63,079 nucleotides of DNA, filler included, from Globobulimina sp. (GCA_003354225.1; 39 parts of 39 records of this genome joined end to end with filler, not necessarily neighbours in it); one strand, 5' to 3'; shown: positions 48,509-61,316, numbered from the whole stretch's first letter. A program made the numbers and translations. The notes: a model not told the origin generated them from the letters alone.

Positions 48509-50231
48509 NNNNNNNNNNNNNNNNNNNNNNNNNNNNNNNNNNNNNNNNNNNNTTAATTAATTAANNNNNNNNNNNNNNNNNNNNNNNNNNNNNNNNNNNN
48601 NNNNNNNNGTTTCTATACGAATAAAGGGATTTTTTTTGAAAAACGCATTTTTTGGCCGAAAATCGAGGGAAAATGAAAACTATTGTATTTTAACTTAGTT
48701 TAGGGTTATTTTTGATTCCAAATTCGAATTCGGCGCTTAAAATTGAGTTAGAATACTTGTTTTTGTACAAAAATATGAATACATTTAGAAAATCGAATGT
48801 AAAATTGTTGCTATATGTGCCATTTTCAAACGGCTTGAGATCAGTCAATTCCAGAGGTCCCACGGATTTTTTTTCAGATTCTTGTAGATCGTAACTCGGC
48901 CTTTCTTTCTAATATATTCACATTACAAAGTAGACTATGGCCAGAAGAGTTATGCTGTTCTGAAATTTTTTTAAAAATTGACTAAAATTTTCATGTTCAA
49001 ATTGTCGTAACTCCTCGACCAGTAATCGTAAAAATTCCAGATTAGTTTTAAAAGAAAGATAATTTGATAAGGAATATTTTGCAAAAAAGTTTATTTCTCT
49101 AGCTCAACTGGTTGCGGAATTATAACGTTTTGATTAAATTCGGGTGAGATCTGACACAACCGAAAACGTTTTTTGGCACTGTGCCAAAACTGGACGTTTC
49201 TGAGAAAAATCCCTTTAGGTGCGATGTTAGGGGTACTAATGTGTTATAATAGACTAGGTTTAGTCAAAATAAAAGTTTCAGCTTGTTTACACAAAGTATG
49301 GATTTTGCCTGGTTTTTATCTGCAGCGGCAATTAAGGATCATCATATTGTCGGTAAAATTTATTATAGTAAAAAGTACAAATAAGGAAAAATATTGAAAT
49401 CAAGGGACTAAAGAATGTATAAGAGAGTATCGTTTGACAATAGCAGGACTAAAAAGAATGGACAATGTTTGGTTTGGTTGTTGATACCTGTCGTAAAACA
49501 TGATGGAATGTGTTATCGACGACACTTTGATATGACAATTGATGACCTCACAGTGGGAGATCAGTCTCGACCCAGACAATATGGCTCCAAACCATATTTC
49601 AGCATTTAAACTTACCGCACTGTAACAAATGTACGGTATATACATCGCCTGGAAACTGAAAGGAACTCCAACAACGAAAGACAACTAAGTGAACAAAAAT
49701 AGAGCATAAAATACTCAGTACATGCATTTCCGACATAAAATTATGTAATTATATACCTAAAAGGCGGTTCTTCCTTTAATTTATGCTAATTAATTCAAAA
49801 TATGATGCGTAATTGTGTGTATTTTCCATTTTTGTAACGGGTGTATTTTGTAATATCTATACGTCGATATCCGCCGATTGGATAAAGAAATATAGTTATT
49901 AAAGGGACATGATAGGAGCAATGAATGACTGGAAATGAGACATGTGAAATACTTACTCAAAATACAATAACAAAGTGGTTCAGAGTTTTCTCTTTATTCA
50001 ATACAAAAAGAACCAAATAACCCATATAAAGTGTTGAGCAACGTTTACCAACATTCAAATCACACGACACCACACACTGCGCAAAACCGCAAACGTACTA
50101 AAATATGTCCAGTTCGGACCGAGCACTNNNNNNNNNNNNNNNNNNNNNNNNNNNNNNNNNNNNNNNNNNNNTTAATTAATTAANNNNNNNNNNNNNNNNN
50201 NNNNNNNNNNNNNNNNNNNNNNNNNNNTACA

Positions 50232-51340
50232 ATGTCCAATCAAAAGCAAATAGATTCTATGGATGTTGATTCAAACCAGTTAATTATTTAGCAATTTATC
50301 ATTTGATTTGTTTTGTTTAATAATTATTGTCTTTGTGTTAACAAGAACCGAATCAACTGCGTCTGCGTCGCCTCAACAACCAAATAATACACAAAACGAG
50401 GATGAAAACAAAAAACAAAACGAAGACAAGAATAAAACTGAAACGAGCGCTGCCAATGCGACCCTCAATGGTAAAAAACCAATGGATCGCAAGAAAAAGG
50501 CGGCATTACAAGACAGATTAAGAAAACAAGTGGCATCAAATCGAAATATGATCCTGGTCGGTTGTGGTGATTGGCGCTGCACAAATCCGCATTGCAAATC
50601 CAACCTAAAAAACAAAGATAAGACCATCGCCCAATCCGATGCCTCCAAATTAGCGGTGAAATTGGTCAAAGCCAAGAGTCCAAAATGTGGCTCCTTTCCT
50701 AAGATTTCAGTGACGCCGCTTTCCTCTGACATTATGGAAGAAAAAAAAGAAGGAAATAAGCAAATCATTCTCGATGCCTTCACGCATTGGGATATTCTCT
50801 ATGATTCATTTAAAACCGATCACAACGTCTCCAACAAACACGTTGCCATCGACTTCAATCAATTAGATCGCACATTTTCCGCCATAATGAGCCAAGTTAA
50901 AACATTTTCCGCCAAATACTCCGTACAATGCCCACAATAAACACACACCCAAAATACCTGTAAATAGGACGATCTGTGCAAGGATATCCAAGGCATATTG
51001 GATGATGTAATGAGCGCCCATTTGCAGGATATGCGCGACGGGAAAATAACATGTTGCTTAAACTCGTTACGCGCCTTAGTCATCTTACTAGAATGTCCAA
51101 TAATATTATCGGAAGACATCGGCTGTCATCACTTATTAAACAAATTGCTATTAATCTTTGAGGAGATCAACAGCCGCGACTTCAAATCCATTAAAATCAT
51201 TCATGAATGGTTCTCTTCCTCGCATTACATCTCAGACTCTCGCATCCGTGACCTCTTACATTCGTTGCATCAATACATGACATTACAAATTACTTTGTGC
51301 GAGGATGAAATCGAGGATTTGACCGATGACTGGCGCATTG
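50232..51340 (+). CDS. AZUL-domain protein, probably the N-terminus of a UBE3A-like HECT E3 ligase; introns 50279-50345 and 50896-50967; truncated
   Basis: ILVGCGDWRCTNPHCKSN matches the AZUL GCG...C.N..C.S motif; LRALVILLECP resembles the UBE3A/HERC-type middle region. Confidence 0.75.
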
Positions 51341-51619
51341 AGTTAAAGTATGATGATGTTGAGGAGTAACTATTTTTTCGAAATGATTACCATTTTGGCG
51401 ACTGTTGTAAAACTGGTTTTTTTGACAAGCAATCTTTTCCACTCAATTACATTCAAGACCATAATCCTCCCTCAACGAATTGCGCCAGAGTAAAAAAAGG
51501 AGATCAGGCCTTTTAAAAATTCAATGACAAAGCAACTCCCAATACCAGTGGGGATTAACCCTTCGCTTAATGTCATTTAGTTAAGGTTTCGGGTTACCAA
51601 AAAAACTTGCAATCATCCA

Positions 51620-51738
51620 TGTCATTCCCGCGAAGGCGGGAATCCAGGTGCATGAATGGTTTACACTTCTTATCAATCCTTAAGAAAAGAGGAATGAATT
51701 TCTAATACACTTGGATACCCGCCTGCGCTGGCATGACA
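51620..51738. repeat. Bacterial palindromic repeat element (RPE4 / dRS3-like)
   Basis: TGTCATTCCCGCGAAGGCGGGAATCCA ... TGGATACCCGCCTGCGCTGGCATGACA inverted arms, containing ATTCCC-N8-GGGAAT. Confidence 0.8.
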
Positions 51739-51846
51739 AGATCTTANNNNNNNNNNNNNNNNNNNNNNNNNNNNNNNNNNNNNNNNNNNNTTAATTAATT
51801 AANNNNNNNNNNNNNNNNNNNNNNNNNNNNNNNNNNNNNNNNNNNN

Positions 51847-53365
51847 GCCATCACCACCAATTGCTGCCATTCTTGCTCCCGAATTCATGATTATTTCATC
51901 GCATATTATCAATATTGTACCTCCACCGCAACCATCCTTATATCCATACTGCTTATTTTGAGTGGAATCATTGCCGCCTTTCTTTCCAGAAACAACATTG
52001 CGTTCATTCATATAAACTGAACTGCCCTCTTCCATTCTTAATGTTTCTTCGCAAACAATTCTGAACAGACTGACATTCTCTCCATCAATCTCACTCATTG
52101 TTATCGTACAATTATTGGACAGCCATAATGATGAAACGTATAATGTATTTCTTGTAAACGAAGTGTTTTTGCTTATTTTCCATTTGAAAATGTTTCCAAT
52201 ATCCAGCACCAAATGAGATGATTTACATTGCCATATTCGTACTGCACTCATTTCTTTCTTATTAAACCAGTGCTGATATTTAATTTCCATATCAATATCT
52301 AATCGCAAACCGGCATTAGATTTGCTTAATTTGCGTTGGTCAATGTATTGTAATAATAAGTTGGTATCACACAAAATTTCTTTTGCTTGTTTTTTGATAA
52401 ATTGTTTGTTGATTACAGTGCCATCATCATAATGAAAACTTGCATTGACAGTACATTGTGTCGGTTGGTGTTTGCTGCATATTCTTTGCGATCTGTCTTT
52501 GCTTTGAATCCATCCATCCTCATTTTCGAGGAATAAATCTGTTCCAATGATTATTTCAAATATTTCGCGTTGACATTTATATTTTGCATTGACATATTCC
52601 GCAATTTGATAATGAGCACAGATAAAAAAAATAAATTCAAATAAACTCATATTTTGCAAACACTTTTTAACCTCAAATAATTTGATTCTTTTTCTAACAA
52701 ATTCTTCATCATCGACCACATCCTCTAAACACGATTCGATCCACGGCGATTGCAAGAAAGCCCGCAAATGTGTAAATGCATTGGGATCTTGCTCCAATGT
52801 GGCGAATAACGTATTTTTTAAATATAATGATTTCAATCTCGTGTCATTGGAAACCACCACACTTTGTTGGATCATAACAATTGGGTTCAATAATAATATT
52901 TCCTTCTCCTCTCTATGACAACTTATCCAATCCACAGCAATCGCGTTTACATTGCCACCATTCACACTATGATCGATTTGTAATATCATTCCATTCCTCC
53001 CCGCAAAGTTCGTAGCAACCTCTGATTGCCAGCTTGTCGACAATGGCCCATAGAACTGGTTCACTAAACCCTTTGTGTTGAATAAACGATCCAATCCATG
53101 ATACAATGTACTGTCACAAAAAAATGCATTAAATTGGTACAACTCGTTGGAAATTTCAATTTTAATATATATCAGACTCAAATCTGTAGCCCAATGATAA
53201 AATTGTTGTCTTCTGTCATCAATCCTATCATCACCGCTTTTTGTCTTTTTTCTGAAAGCTTTACGGAAATTATTCTGTAGCTCATTAGTATCTGTATACA
53301 TTTTGATGCATAAAATTTCATGCGATGATAAATTATATTTGGATGTGTTTCGATTCTGATCCGCT
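51847..53365 (-). CDS. ADP-ribosyltransferase-fold protein fused to a Gly-rich beta-repeat region, partial at both ends
   Basis: KMYTD...TLYHG...GPLSTSWQSEVATNF...GMILQI...WISCHREEKEILL follows the ART order [R/H]-STS-ExE; C-terminal GCGGGTILI. Confidence 0.65.
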
Positions 53366-53465
53366 NNNNNNNNNNNNNNNNNNNNNNNNNNNNNNNNNNN
53401 NNNNNNNNNTTAATTAATTAANNNNNNNNNNNNNNNNNNNNNNNNNNNNNNNNNNNNNNNNNNNN

Positions 53466-54317
53466 CCAAATATGTTGCGGAATAAATGGCATTAAAAACA
53501 TAATAATAAATGTTGTGGCAGTACAGACCACACTCATTACAATATTATATCTCATCGCTTTTAAAAATGATTTTCTTTGCCGTAGGGGTAGTGGCTCAAT
53601 AGATGAATGGTACGCAGTTTGAACTGGATATAGTAATAATGATAAAAATAATATACAATTTAGAACATCCATACTTCCACCGAGCTGAAATAGCCATGGA
53701 AAAAATACATCAAATACGCAGGAAGTAACCGCACCAGATCCATCATGCAAATCTAGCGGTTTTCCTCGCCAATATATTAATATTAATATAGTGAAAGAAA
53801 GCCAGTACATTGCAATATAAATTGGTAATAATTTATCAAATAAAAATTGAGGAAATGTTTGCAATAAACCTTGGCCTAATTTTGATCGCTCCAAAAAAAA
53901 ACCAAATAATAATGATTTAGCGGTCACATAAAACACTACACAGATTGGTGTGCCCCACATGCAAAATTCTGGCGGGAAATCTTTTGAAATATGACACAAA
54001 AAACATAGACATGTACACATTCCACATGCTGTATATATTCCATATATTAAATATGTTTGTTTCTGATTTGATGCATCAAAATATTCTTTCATTTTATCTT
54101 GGATACTGTTACTAGTCTGCGTGCGTAGAGTATTACTTTTTTGTAATGAATTGTGCGCTACTTTTGATTTAGTCAGTCTATGATTTGTTATTTGTGAATC
54201 ACGATATGTATTACACAAATATTGCATTATTACTAATATGAAACTTAAAACTAAATTGAAAATATTTATTGATGATAACAAATTCCATTCGAATTCTTGT
54301 TTTGCTGTTAAAGCCAT
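53466..54317 (-). CDS. 7TM (GPCR-like) membrane protein, 3' partial
   Basis: Six hydrophobic helices, Cys before TM3, FFLERS at the TM3 end. Confidence 0.55.
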
Positions 54318-54498
54318 TTAATCGAGTGGAAATCCTAGAACGCAGGAAGAACTTCGAAGATGTTTTGTCTATTAACTCTATTTCAACCATGCTGTCGTCA
54401 ATTTAAGGCCATAATTTTGTTGTAAAGCTGGGATATGGAGCACAATCACCAGTACTAAGCATCTGTCGATCGATATATATGGCAAAAGTTATATTATT

Positions 54499-54984
54499 TT
54501 ACAATTCATAAAAATCCTCAGAATCACTGAGTTTTGGCAATAAAATCGTTGAATATCGCTGTCCATATGAATCTGAATATCTTTGCATTTTCTTTAAAGC
54601 TCTTTTTCTTTGACAACAACAACTAAAACATTTAAATCTGTAAAATAAACAATCCCATGACTCAAGCACTTGGACTGTAACCTGTAAACAACAAACAATT
54701 GCATTGTCAATCAATTATAAACATACACTGTACCTCGCGACAAAATGGAAAGGGAAGCATCCCAATGGTGGCCAGAAAAATGCAGACTGACAACAATAAT
54801 TCCAGCGCTATTTTCCGCCGTATAATCAGATCTTAAAAGGTAGCAAACCCACAAATAAACACATAAATTGAACATCATACATAAACACGTGACCGCAACC
54901 ACTATTTTACCAAACAATTGATATAAATTCTTCCCAGTTTTACATTTGTGAAAACATGACCTGTTCAACAAAACATAGCAAAAT
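54499..54984 (-). CDS. Membrane protein C-terminal fragment with a probable 1-nt frameshift near 54714
   Basis: Overlapping ORFs 54711-54971 and 54499-54714 read as one protein if a single T is added. Confidence 0.35.
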
Positions 54985-55183
54985 NNNNNNNNNNNNNNNN
55001 NNNNNNNNNNNNNNNNNNNNNNNNNNNNTTAATTAATTAANNNNNNNNNNNNNNNNNNNNNNNNNNNNNNNNNNNNNNNNNNNNCAGTGCTCTTTTGCTT
55101 GAATTGCTTGAGAGTATGAAATGTGATTGTACTCCACACGTACTGCTCACAGAAAAGTGAGAAAATCTCCACTTGAGTGAAAC

Positions 55184-56554
55184 ATGGAAAAGCAGCAAAA
55201 GCTGAATAGTACTATTCTTGTTGAAACAGATGCCACATTAACACCTCAAAAACTCATGATCAAAAACAGCGATAGGTGGATGATATTATGTTTGTCTTTT
55301 ATCAGTTCATTTGGAATTTATTATTGTTGTTATTTGCCATCAGTTTTAGAATCAGAACTATTAACACAGTACAAATGGACTCATGCGCAATATAATTCAT
55401 TCTTTTCCATATTTTATTTTTCTTCATTACCTGTTACAATAATCGCAGGTTATCTTTGTGATACAGTCGGAATATGTGAAACAACACTACTCTTTCTTTT
55501 CATTTCAATGATTGGACAATGGCTGATCACAATTGGCTGTCATTTGCCACCAAATACATATTTTGTATTGTTATCTGGCAGATTTATTTATGGCATTGGT
55601 TCCGAACCTTATCAAGTTGCTAACTCAGCATTAATTGCTAAATATTTTATGAATGCTGAGTCATTTTTATCAATGGGATTAAAACTTGCATTTGGAAGAT
55701 TAACAACAGCATTTACTTTCTATTATGGCTTAACATTATTCAATAAAATATTCAACCAATCAATCAAAACCGCAATGTTTTCCGGTGTCATTTCAATGTT
55801 AATTGCTGTTATTGCTGCTATTGTAATTTTGCTGATTGATAATAAAAATAAAACTAAAAATAAGAGTAATCTCGATAATAAAAATAAAAATAAGAGTATT
55901 ACAGATAACAATCATAACGCTATAAATGCGAAAAATTATGTTTTCTGGATCTTATTATTTATCACAGGCATTAATTACACGGTATCTCAAGGATGGTTAG
56001 GAATGAGTTCTGAATACGTCCAAAAGAAATACAATTATTCACATGATGCAGCAAATGAATTGATAACATTAATTACATTAATTCCTGCATTTTTGACTCC
56101 GACAGTCGGATTCTTTATTGATATAAAACCAATGCGGTGTCAAGCCCTTTTATTAAGTTCTTGCATGATGTTTATGGCGCATTTATCATTTAACTATGAT
56201 TATATTCAATATGGCGTGGTATCTGTTGCAGTCTTAGCCATTGGTTTTTCCATTTATCCGGCTGTTTGTTGGGCAGCGGTACCTTTGCTTGTCGATCAGA
56301 AACATGTTGGTAAAGCAATGGGATTTATGACCGCATTTTTATGTTTATTGTTGCTCGGATGTCCAATTATTATGGGGAAATTACAAGATATTGCGGTTGC
56401 ACAGGGTATAAATCAGCAAAGTAAGGTCAAATATAAATCATCTGAAATCTCATTTTTGTGTTTGAGTGCTATTTCGTTAGTATTGACTGTCTGTTTGTGG
56501 TATGCTGATCAGAAAAGGGGTAACAAATTGCAACAAATGAAGAGCAAATTATAA
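55184..56554 (+). CDS. MFS transporter, MFSD1-like, complete and intronless
   Basis: RW.IL...SF..FG.YY, QYN.F.S.., GYLCD..G, GRFIYGIGSE, P.LV.....G.A.G; about 12 TM. Confidence 0.88.
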   Translation: MEKQQKLNSTILVETDATLTPQKLMIKNSDRWMILCLSFISSFGIYYCCYLPSVLESELLTQYKWTHAQYNSFFSIFYFSSLPVTIIAGYLCDTVGICETTLLFLFISMIGQWLITIGCHLPPNTYFVLLSGRFIYGIGSEPYQVANSALIAKYFMNAESFLSMGLKLAFGRLTTAFTFYYGLTLFNKIFNQSIKTAMFSGVISMLIAVIAAIVILLIDNKNKTKNKSNLDNKNKNKSITDNNHNAINAKNYVFWILLFITGINYTVSQGWLGMSSEYVQKKYNYSHDAANELITLITLIPAFLTPTVGFFIDIKPMRCQALLLSSCMMFMAHLSFNYDYIQYGVVSVAVLAIGFSIYPAVCWAAVPLLVDQKHVGKAMGFMTAFLCLLLLGCPIIMGKLQDIAVAQGINQQSKVKYKSSEISFLCLSAISLVLTVCLWYADQKRGNKLQQMKSKL

Positions 56555-56870
56555 AAAGTAATAGGCGCGTTGTGTCGAGACAAAGTCATGTTATATCTAA
56601 TTTNNNNNNNNNNNNNNNNNNNNNNNNNNNNNNNNNNNNNNNNNNNNTTAATTAATTAANNNNNNNNNNNNNNNNNNNNNNNNNNNNNNNNNNNNNNNNN
56701 NNNTTTTCAGCTTGAAACTGAAAATTAATTTTACACAAAAAAATTGTGCATGTTTGGAAAGTTTTAATTCAGTTTCAAACTGAAACAAATTATGCATATT
56801 TTCAGTTTGAAACTGATTTATATAATTCGACCATTTTGAAGATATGACAAATGTTTTTTTTTGTTGTTCA

Positions 56871-58222
56871 GGTAAGTTATGGTGGAAATATGACAATTTA
56901 TGGACATTGGAATACGATAATAATGATTTATATCTATCGTACACATTACGCGAATTACCACCATCCTCCGGATGGGAAATTGTTGACAATGCACAATATC
57001 CATCACCTTCGGTTATATTACATCGATTGGATCAGATAGAAACTATTAAAAATTATGTCACTGGTATACTTACCCTCACTTTTCGCACAGTTTCAAACTA
57101 AAAAAGTGCAAATAATTTTTCAGTTTGAAAGCATATTTCATTTCAAAATATTTTCAAACTCCTTTGTCAGGTTCTGAACTTTTTCAGTTTCAAACTAAAT
57201 ACAAATACAAAAAAAAGGCGCGGGAACAACTACGAATGCTGATGATAATGAGATGGATGATAGTTTTTCACCGCTAAATATGACGGAATATGATTTCGAG
57301 ATCGTGGATGATTTTGCAACTCTGACAATTGCACAACAATTTGGTTTTTCATTGGAACTGAATGAAATCACACAATTATGCTATGTGAATAATGTTATTT
57401 TGGATTCGCAAGCATCTGACATGGGATTGCAAATAGGTGATATTCTAAGCAATGCGGAAGAGACTGATATTTCATTACTGGGGAATGTCGACAAAATGTA
57501 TAAATATTTGAAGGATGAAATGGAGAAACTTATACAAGCAAATAACAGCTTTATTATTATTAATTTTGGGCGGAAAAAAAATAATTTCCCAATTGTGTTG
57601 GTGTCAAGGAGTGGCACCAATATTTTAGACGGAAAATATTCAATTCAAGGCCGAGAAAATGGTGCTTGGAAATTTGTGCAAAATCAAGATCCAAAATATC
57701 AAAGTTACACTGCATTTGTTTCCAGTTTCAAACTGAACCATTTTTTGTCAGTTTCAATCTGAAAACATTTAATTTGTTTGCAGTTTGAATCTGAGAAGAA
57801 TCATTTGCGTTTTTTCAGTTTCAAACTGAAAATATACACTTTATCTGGAAATTGGTTTGAAATTTTGTCAGTTTCGCGAATTTATTATGATTCCGACGAG
57901 GATGAAGCGGTTTGGGTGGTTCGCACAGAAACGGAAAATGCGATCCAAGCTCAAAAAGAAGAAGAACAACGCCTATTGTTACAAAAACAAAACGAGGAAG
58001 AAAATAAACGCAGAACAGAAGAAGAAGAAAGAATTAAACGACAACAATTAGAGCAAGAAAGGAAGAAAAAAATTGTCGATGAACGGTGGTTATATCCATT
58101 AATTAAAGACGCTCAGTTGTCCGCTATCAATGGCTCTGCCAATTCATCCAAATGCAAAAAACAAATATTTTTTCAATATTTCCAAACTAAAAAAATTAAT
58201 ATACAAATTATTGAAATTATTT
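56871..58222 (+). CDS. PDZ-like domain protein fragment; introns 57064-57217 and 57704-57871
   Basis: QFGFSL...YVNNV..DSQA...GLQIGD PDZ pattern; GT-AG introns keep the frame across three ORF-track segments. Confidence 0.6.
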
Positions 58223-58322
58223 NNNNNNNNNNNNNNNNNNNNNNNNNNNNNNNNNNNNNNNNNNNNTTAATTAATTAANNNNNNNNNNNNNNNNNNNNNN
58301 NNNNNNNNNNNNNNNNNNNNNN

Positions 58323-59841
58323 AACACAGTGTTTGTGTTGCAAGTTATTGTGAGAATTTTGTATGCGGTTCACCCAAAAAGAAGAAATCCAAACAAGTGC
58401 GAGCACGCATATTATCAGATCCAAACAACGCCAACAATGAAACCAACTGCATCGTCAACGATGAAACCTACAATGAATCCAATGATATTATAGATGAAAT
58501 ACGTTATTTGCAACTAAGTCAAGCAAATAATAATAATAATAATAACATACAAAACACAACGTACAAACATGTACCGATTGAAACCGCAAATTTTAGCAAC
58601 TATCCAAATATGTACAGTCGAATTCGTGATATATTAAAAGATGAATCATTATCTATTTATCAAAATATTCCGGAATTCAATACAGCTGCATTTTGTGAGT
58701 ACTATAAATGTTTACAAACAGACAGACCATATTATGTAGAAGCGAACGGAATATGTATTATACAAAACTTTGATATTAAATTGAAAAAATTATCTAATTC
58801 GTTTCAAATAACGTTTGTCGATCGAGATGAAAATAACAACATTGTCCCGTTTTGTACATGCGATATGTATAAGAATCACAGATTATGTATGGATACTTTA
58901 ATAGTTGAAATTGGAATGAATCATATCAAATATAATACCATTCCATTATTCAAATCATTCAGTGAATCAAACCAGGTAAATAAAGATGGCAGCACAATTG
59001 ATGATATATTTTGTATCAAATCCAATTTAAACGGGTTTCGAAGTGAAGCTTTTTATGTATGGGATGATAGTACACCACAAATTGTATATAGAAATAATGA
59101 TGGCTGTATCACATGTTCTATTTGCAAACAACGTAATACATGCACACATCGTAAAAAATTAATGTCTGCATTGGCTATTACGTACCCAGAATATAAGGAT
59201 AGCAGAGCTCAAGTTATCATATCATCCAATGACCGTCAGTTTAAAATAAATAAGTCTCATTCTAATGTCAAAGTACCTCCTCCCAAAATACATAGAACAG
59301 ATACAGATGAAATATTATTAGCTTACGATCAGTATCAATATGATGCGTCTCTATTAATTAATGCACATTTTATTCCAGAAAGTAACCATTGTTTGAAATG
59401 CAAACATTTATTCCATACAATTGATGCAGATACAGATGATACAGTTAAACATTTTGATACCATACATTTTGAGTCAGTTTTGTTTGCATTGGAAATGCCA
59501 TACGAGTGTACTGTTGATTATTATAAATGTCATCAATGTGATCATATCAACAAATTTGATGGATGTAATCTGCATATATTAAATTATGACGGATTAAGTT
59601 TGTATACTCATTCTTTATTGAACAACAGAACAAATAATCTGCACACCTGCAGAGCTTCTTCATGGGAAAGTTGGTGTAAAGATCAAGCTCGTGTATATAA
59701 TGAGAATGGAGCCAAATATCAATTTCCGTATGATTCAGAATTCATTGCTGTGTGGAATTCATTTACTGTTTTCATTCAAGATTGGGAGTATGAATTTATT
59801 TGTCCCTGGTGTGATCGAGGTGGTGTGAACAAAGGAGAGTG
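58323..59841 (+). mobile_element. Zisupton/KDZ-type transposase N-terminal region (SWIM-like fingers plus CxC4-like cysteine cluster), partial
   Basis: FCTCDMYKNHRLC, CSIC.....CTH, CLKC...YKCHQC...FDG...HILNY....LYTHSLLN...F..VWNSF...FICPWC resembles HMGXB3/Zisupton; catalytic domain lies beyond the contig end. Confidence 0.6.
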
Positions 59842-59941
59842 NNNNNNNNNNNNNNNNNNNNNNNNNNNNNNNNNNNNNNNNNNNNTTAATTAATTAANNN
59901 NNNNNNNNNNNNNNNNNNNNNNNNNNNNNNNNNNNNNNNNN

Positions 59942-60080
59942 AAGGATATCATCTGGCTGGACGTGATGGATCCGGAACGGGCCATTGGTATCAACCCGCT
60001 GGACGTTCCGCCAGATGCTGACGTGGGGGCGGTGGTCGCCGACGTGATGGGCGTCATCCGTAAAGTGATGGGCGCCAGTT
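59942..60080 (+). CDS. GC-rich bacterial fragment resembling a type IV coupling protein (TraD/VirD4-like)
   Basis: KDIIWLDVMDPERAIGINPLD...VADVMGVIRKVMGASW; abrupt GC shift relative to the adjoining kinase. Confidence 0.55.
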
Positions 60081-61316
60081 GGGAAACGGCCGTGCTCCAA
60101 CAATCAATTCATAGCATACTATGCCAAATGAATATATATCAGTTTTAATATTACAGATTTGTTTGCGAATACTTTCAGGCGATAACCATAAATAAGGTCC
60201 TTTGCGGGAATCACTTTTGGTTTTATTAATTTCGCATTCTCCAAAGTCACAAATTTTCACTACAAACTTCTTGTTATCTGAGCTATAATTTGAATTAGGT
60301 TTAAATAATAAATTTCGTGCACTCAAATCACGATGAATAATACCAATGCAATGTAGACATTTCATGCCGTTGCAAACATCAATTAATATGTCTAAAATAT
60401 CCGAAATACACAATTTATTTCTTATATTACTGACAGAGTTATCATACAATAGCTTATCGCCAGAACCTGTCGACATAAATTCGCAGATAAATAAATCCTT
60501 AGAAATACCAATTGGTTTTACTATATTTGCATATTTATTTTCTACAAATGACGCATTAATATATTTAACTATGGTTATTTCGTATAAATAATCCTTTGTA
60601 TGTTTATATTGTTTGACTGCAATGGTTTCGTTGTTATACTTTCCTTTGTAAACAAAGCCAAATTTACCAAAACCAAGAGGGTGATTATTACTTTTCAACT
60701 CATCAATGTCTTCTTTCACTTCTTCAACTTTCACCATATTATTATTATTATCACCGACATTGTTGGAAACATAATCTATCTCCGAATCGTTTGCTGAATC
60801 CTCAGTGTCGACGTCTAAGCGAACAAATATTCATTATAATATACAGTATAATTATCGTATTAAAATGCATATTTATCACAAACCTGTGAGGAGTTTTGTT
60901 GTTGATATCCATTGCAAAGACCTCTGGAGCTGCAACGTTGGCGTTGGTACTGTTGCTTTTATAATTTCAATAACAACGCCGTCTGTTTGGTTTGAAAACA
61001 ACTCACAAAATTGTTGTGCGTCTTGTTTATTTGCACTTGTGCCATTTATAACAATCAACCATTCTGAATCTGCCATATTTGATAAAAATTTGAATTTATT
61101 TGGTATCTCATTCAATATAAAATTTAAGTTGAGACACCAATCAGTTGTTGATGGCAATCGTATGTTGATTGAATTCTGCAGAGGAGATTCGATGAAGCAT
61201 TGCAATTCCACTAATCTTCGGACATCATCATTAATGTTATCTTCTTTCAGAGGTTGTCGGCCTATATTCGACTGATCGAAGAATAATTCAGTGCCACAAC
61301 AATTATTGTTACCCAT
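60080..61316 (-). CDS. Tyrosine kinase-like (TKL) protein kinase, probably myristoylated; intron 60815-60883; truncated after subdomain IX
   Basis: MGNNNCCG start; LGFGKFGFVYKG, IAVK, IIHRDLSARN, KICDFG, GPYLWLSPE, TDIYSFG. Confidence 0.92.

Noticed and set aside
48609-50127. Largely non-coding contig, possible transposon relic
   Set aside because: No TIRs, target-site duplication or coding motif could be identified by eye
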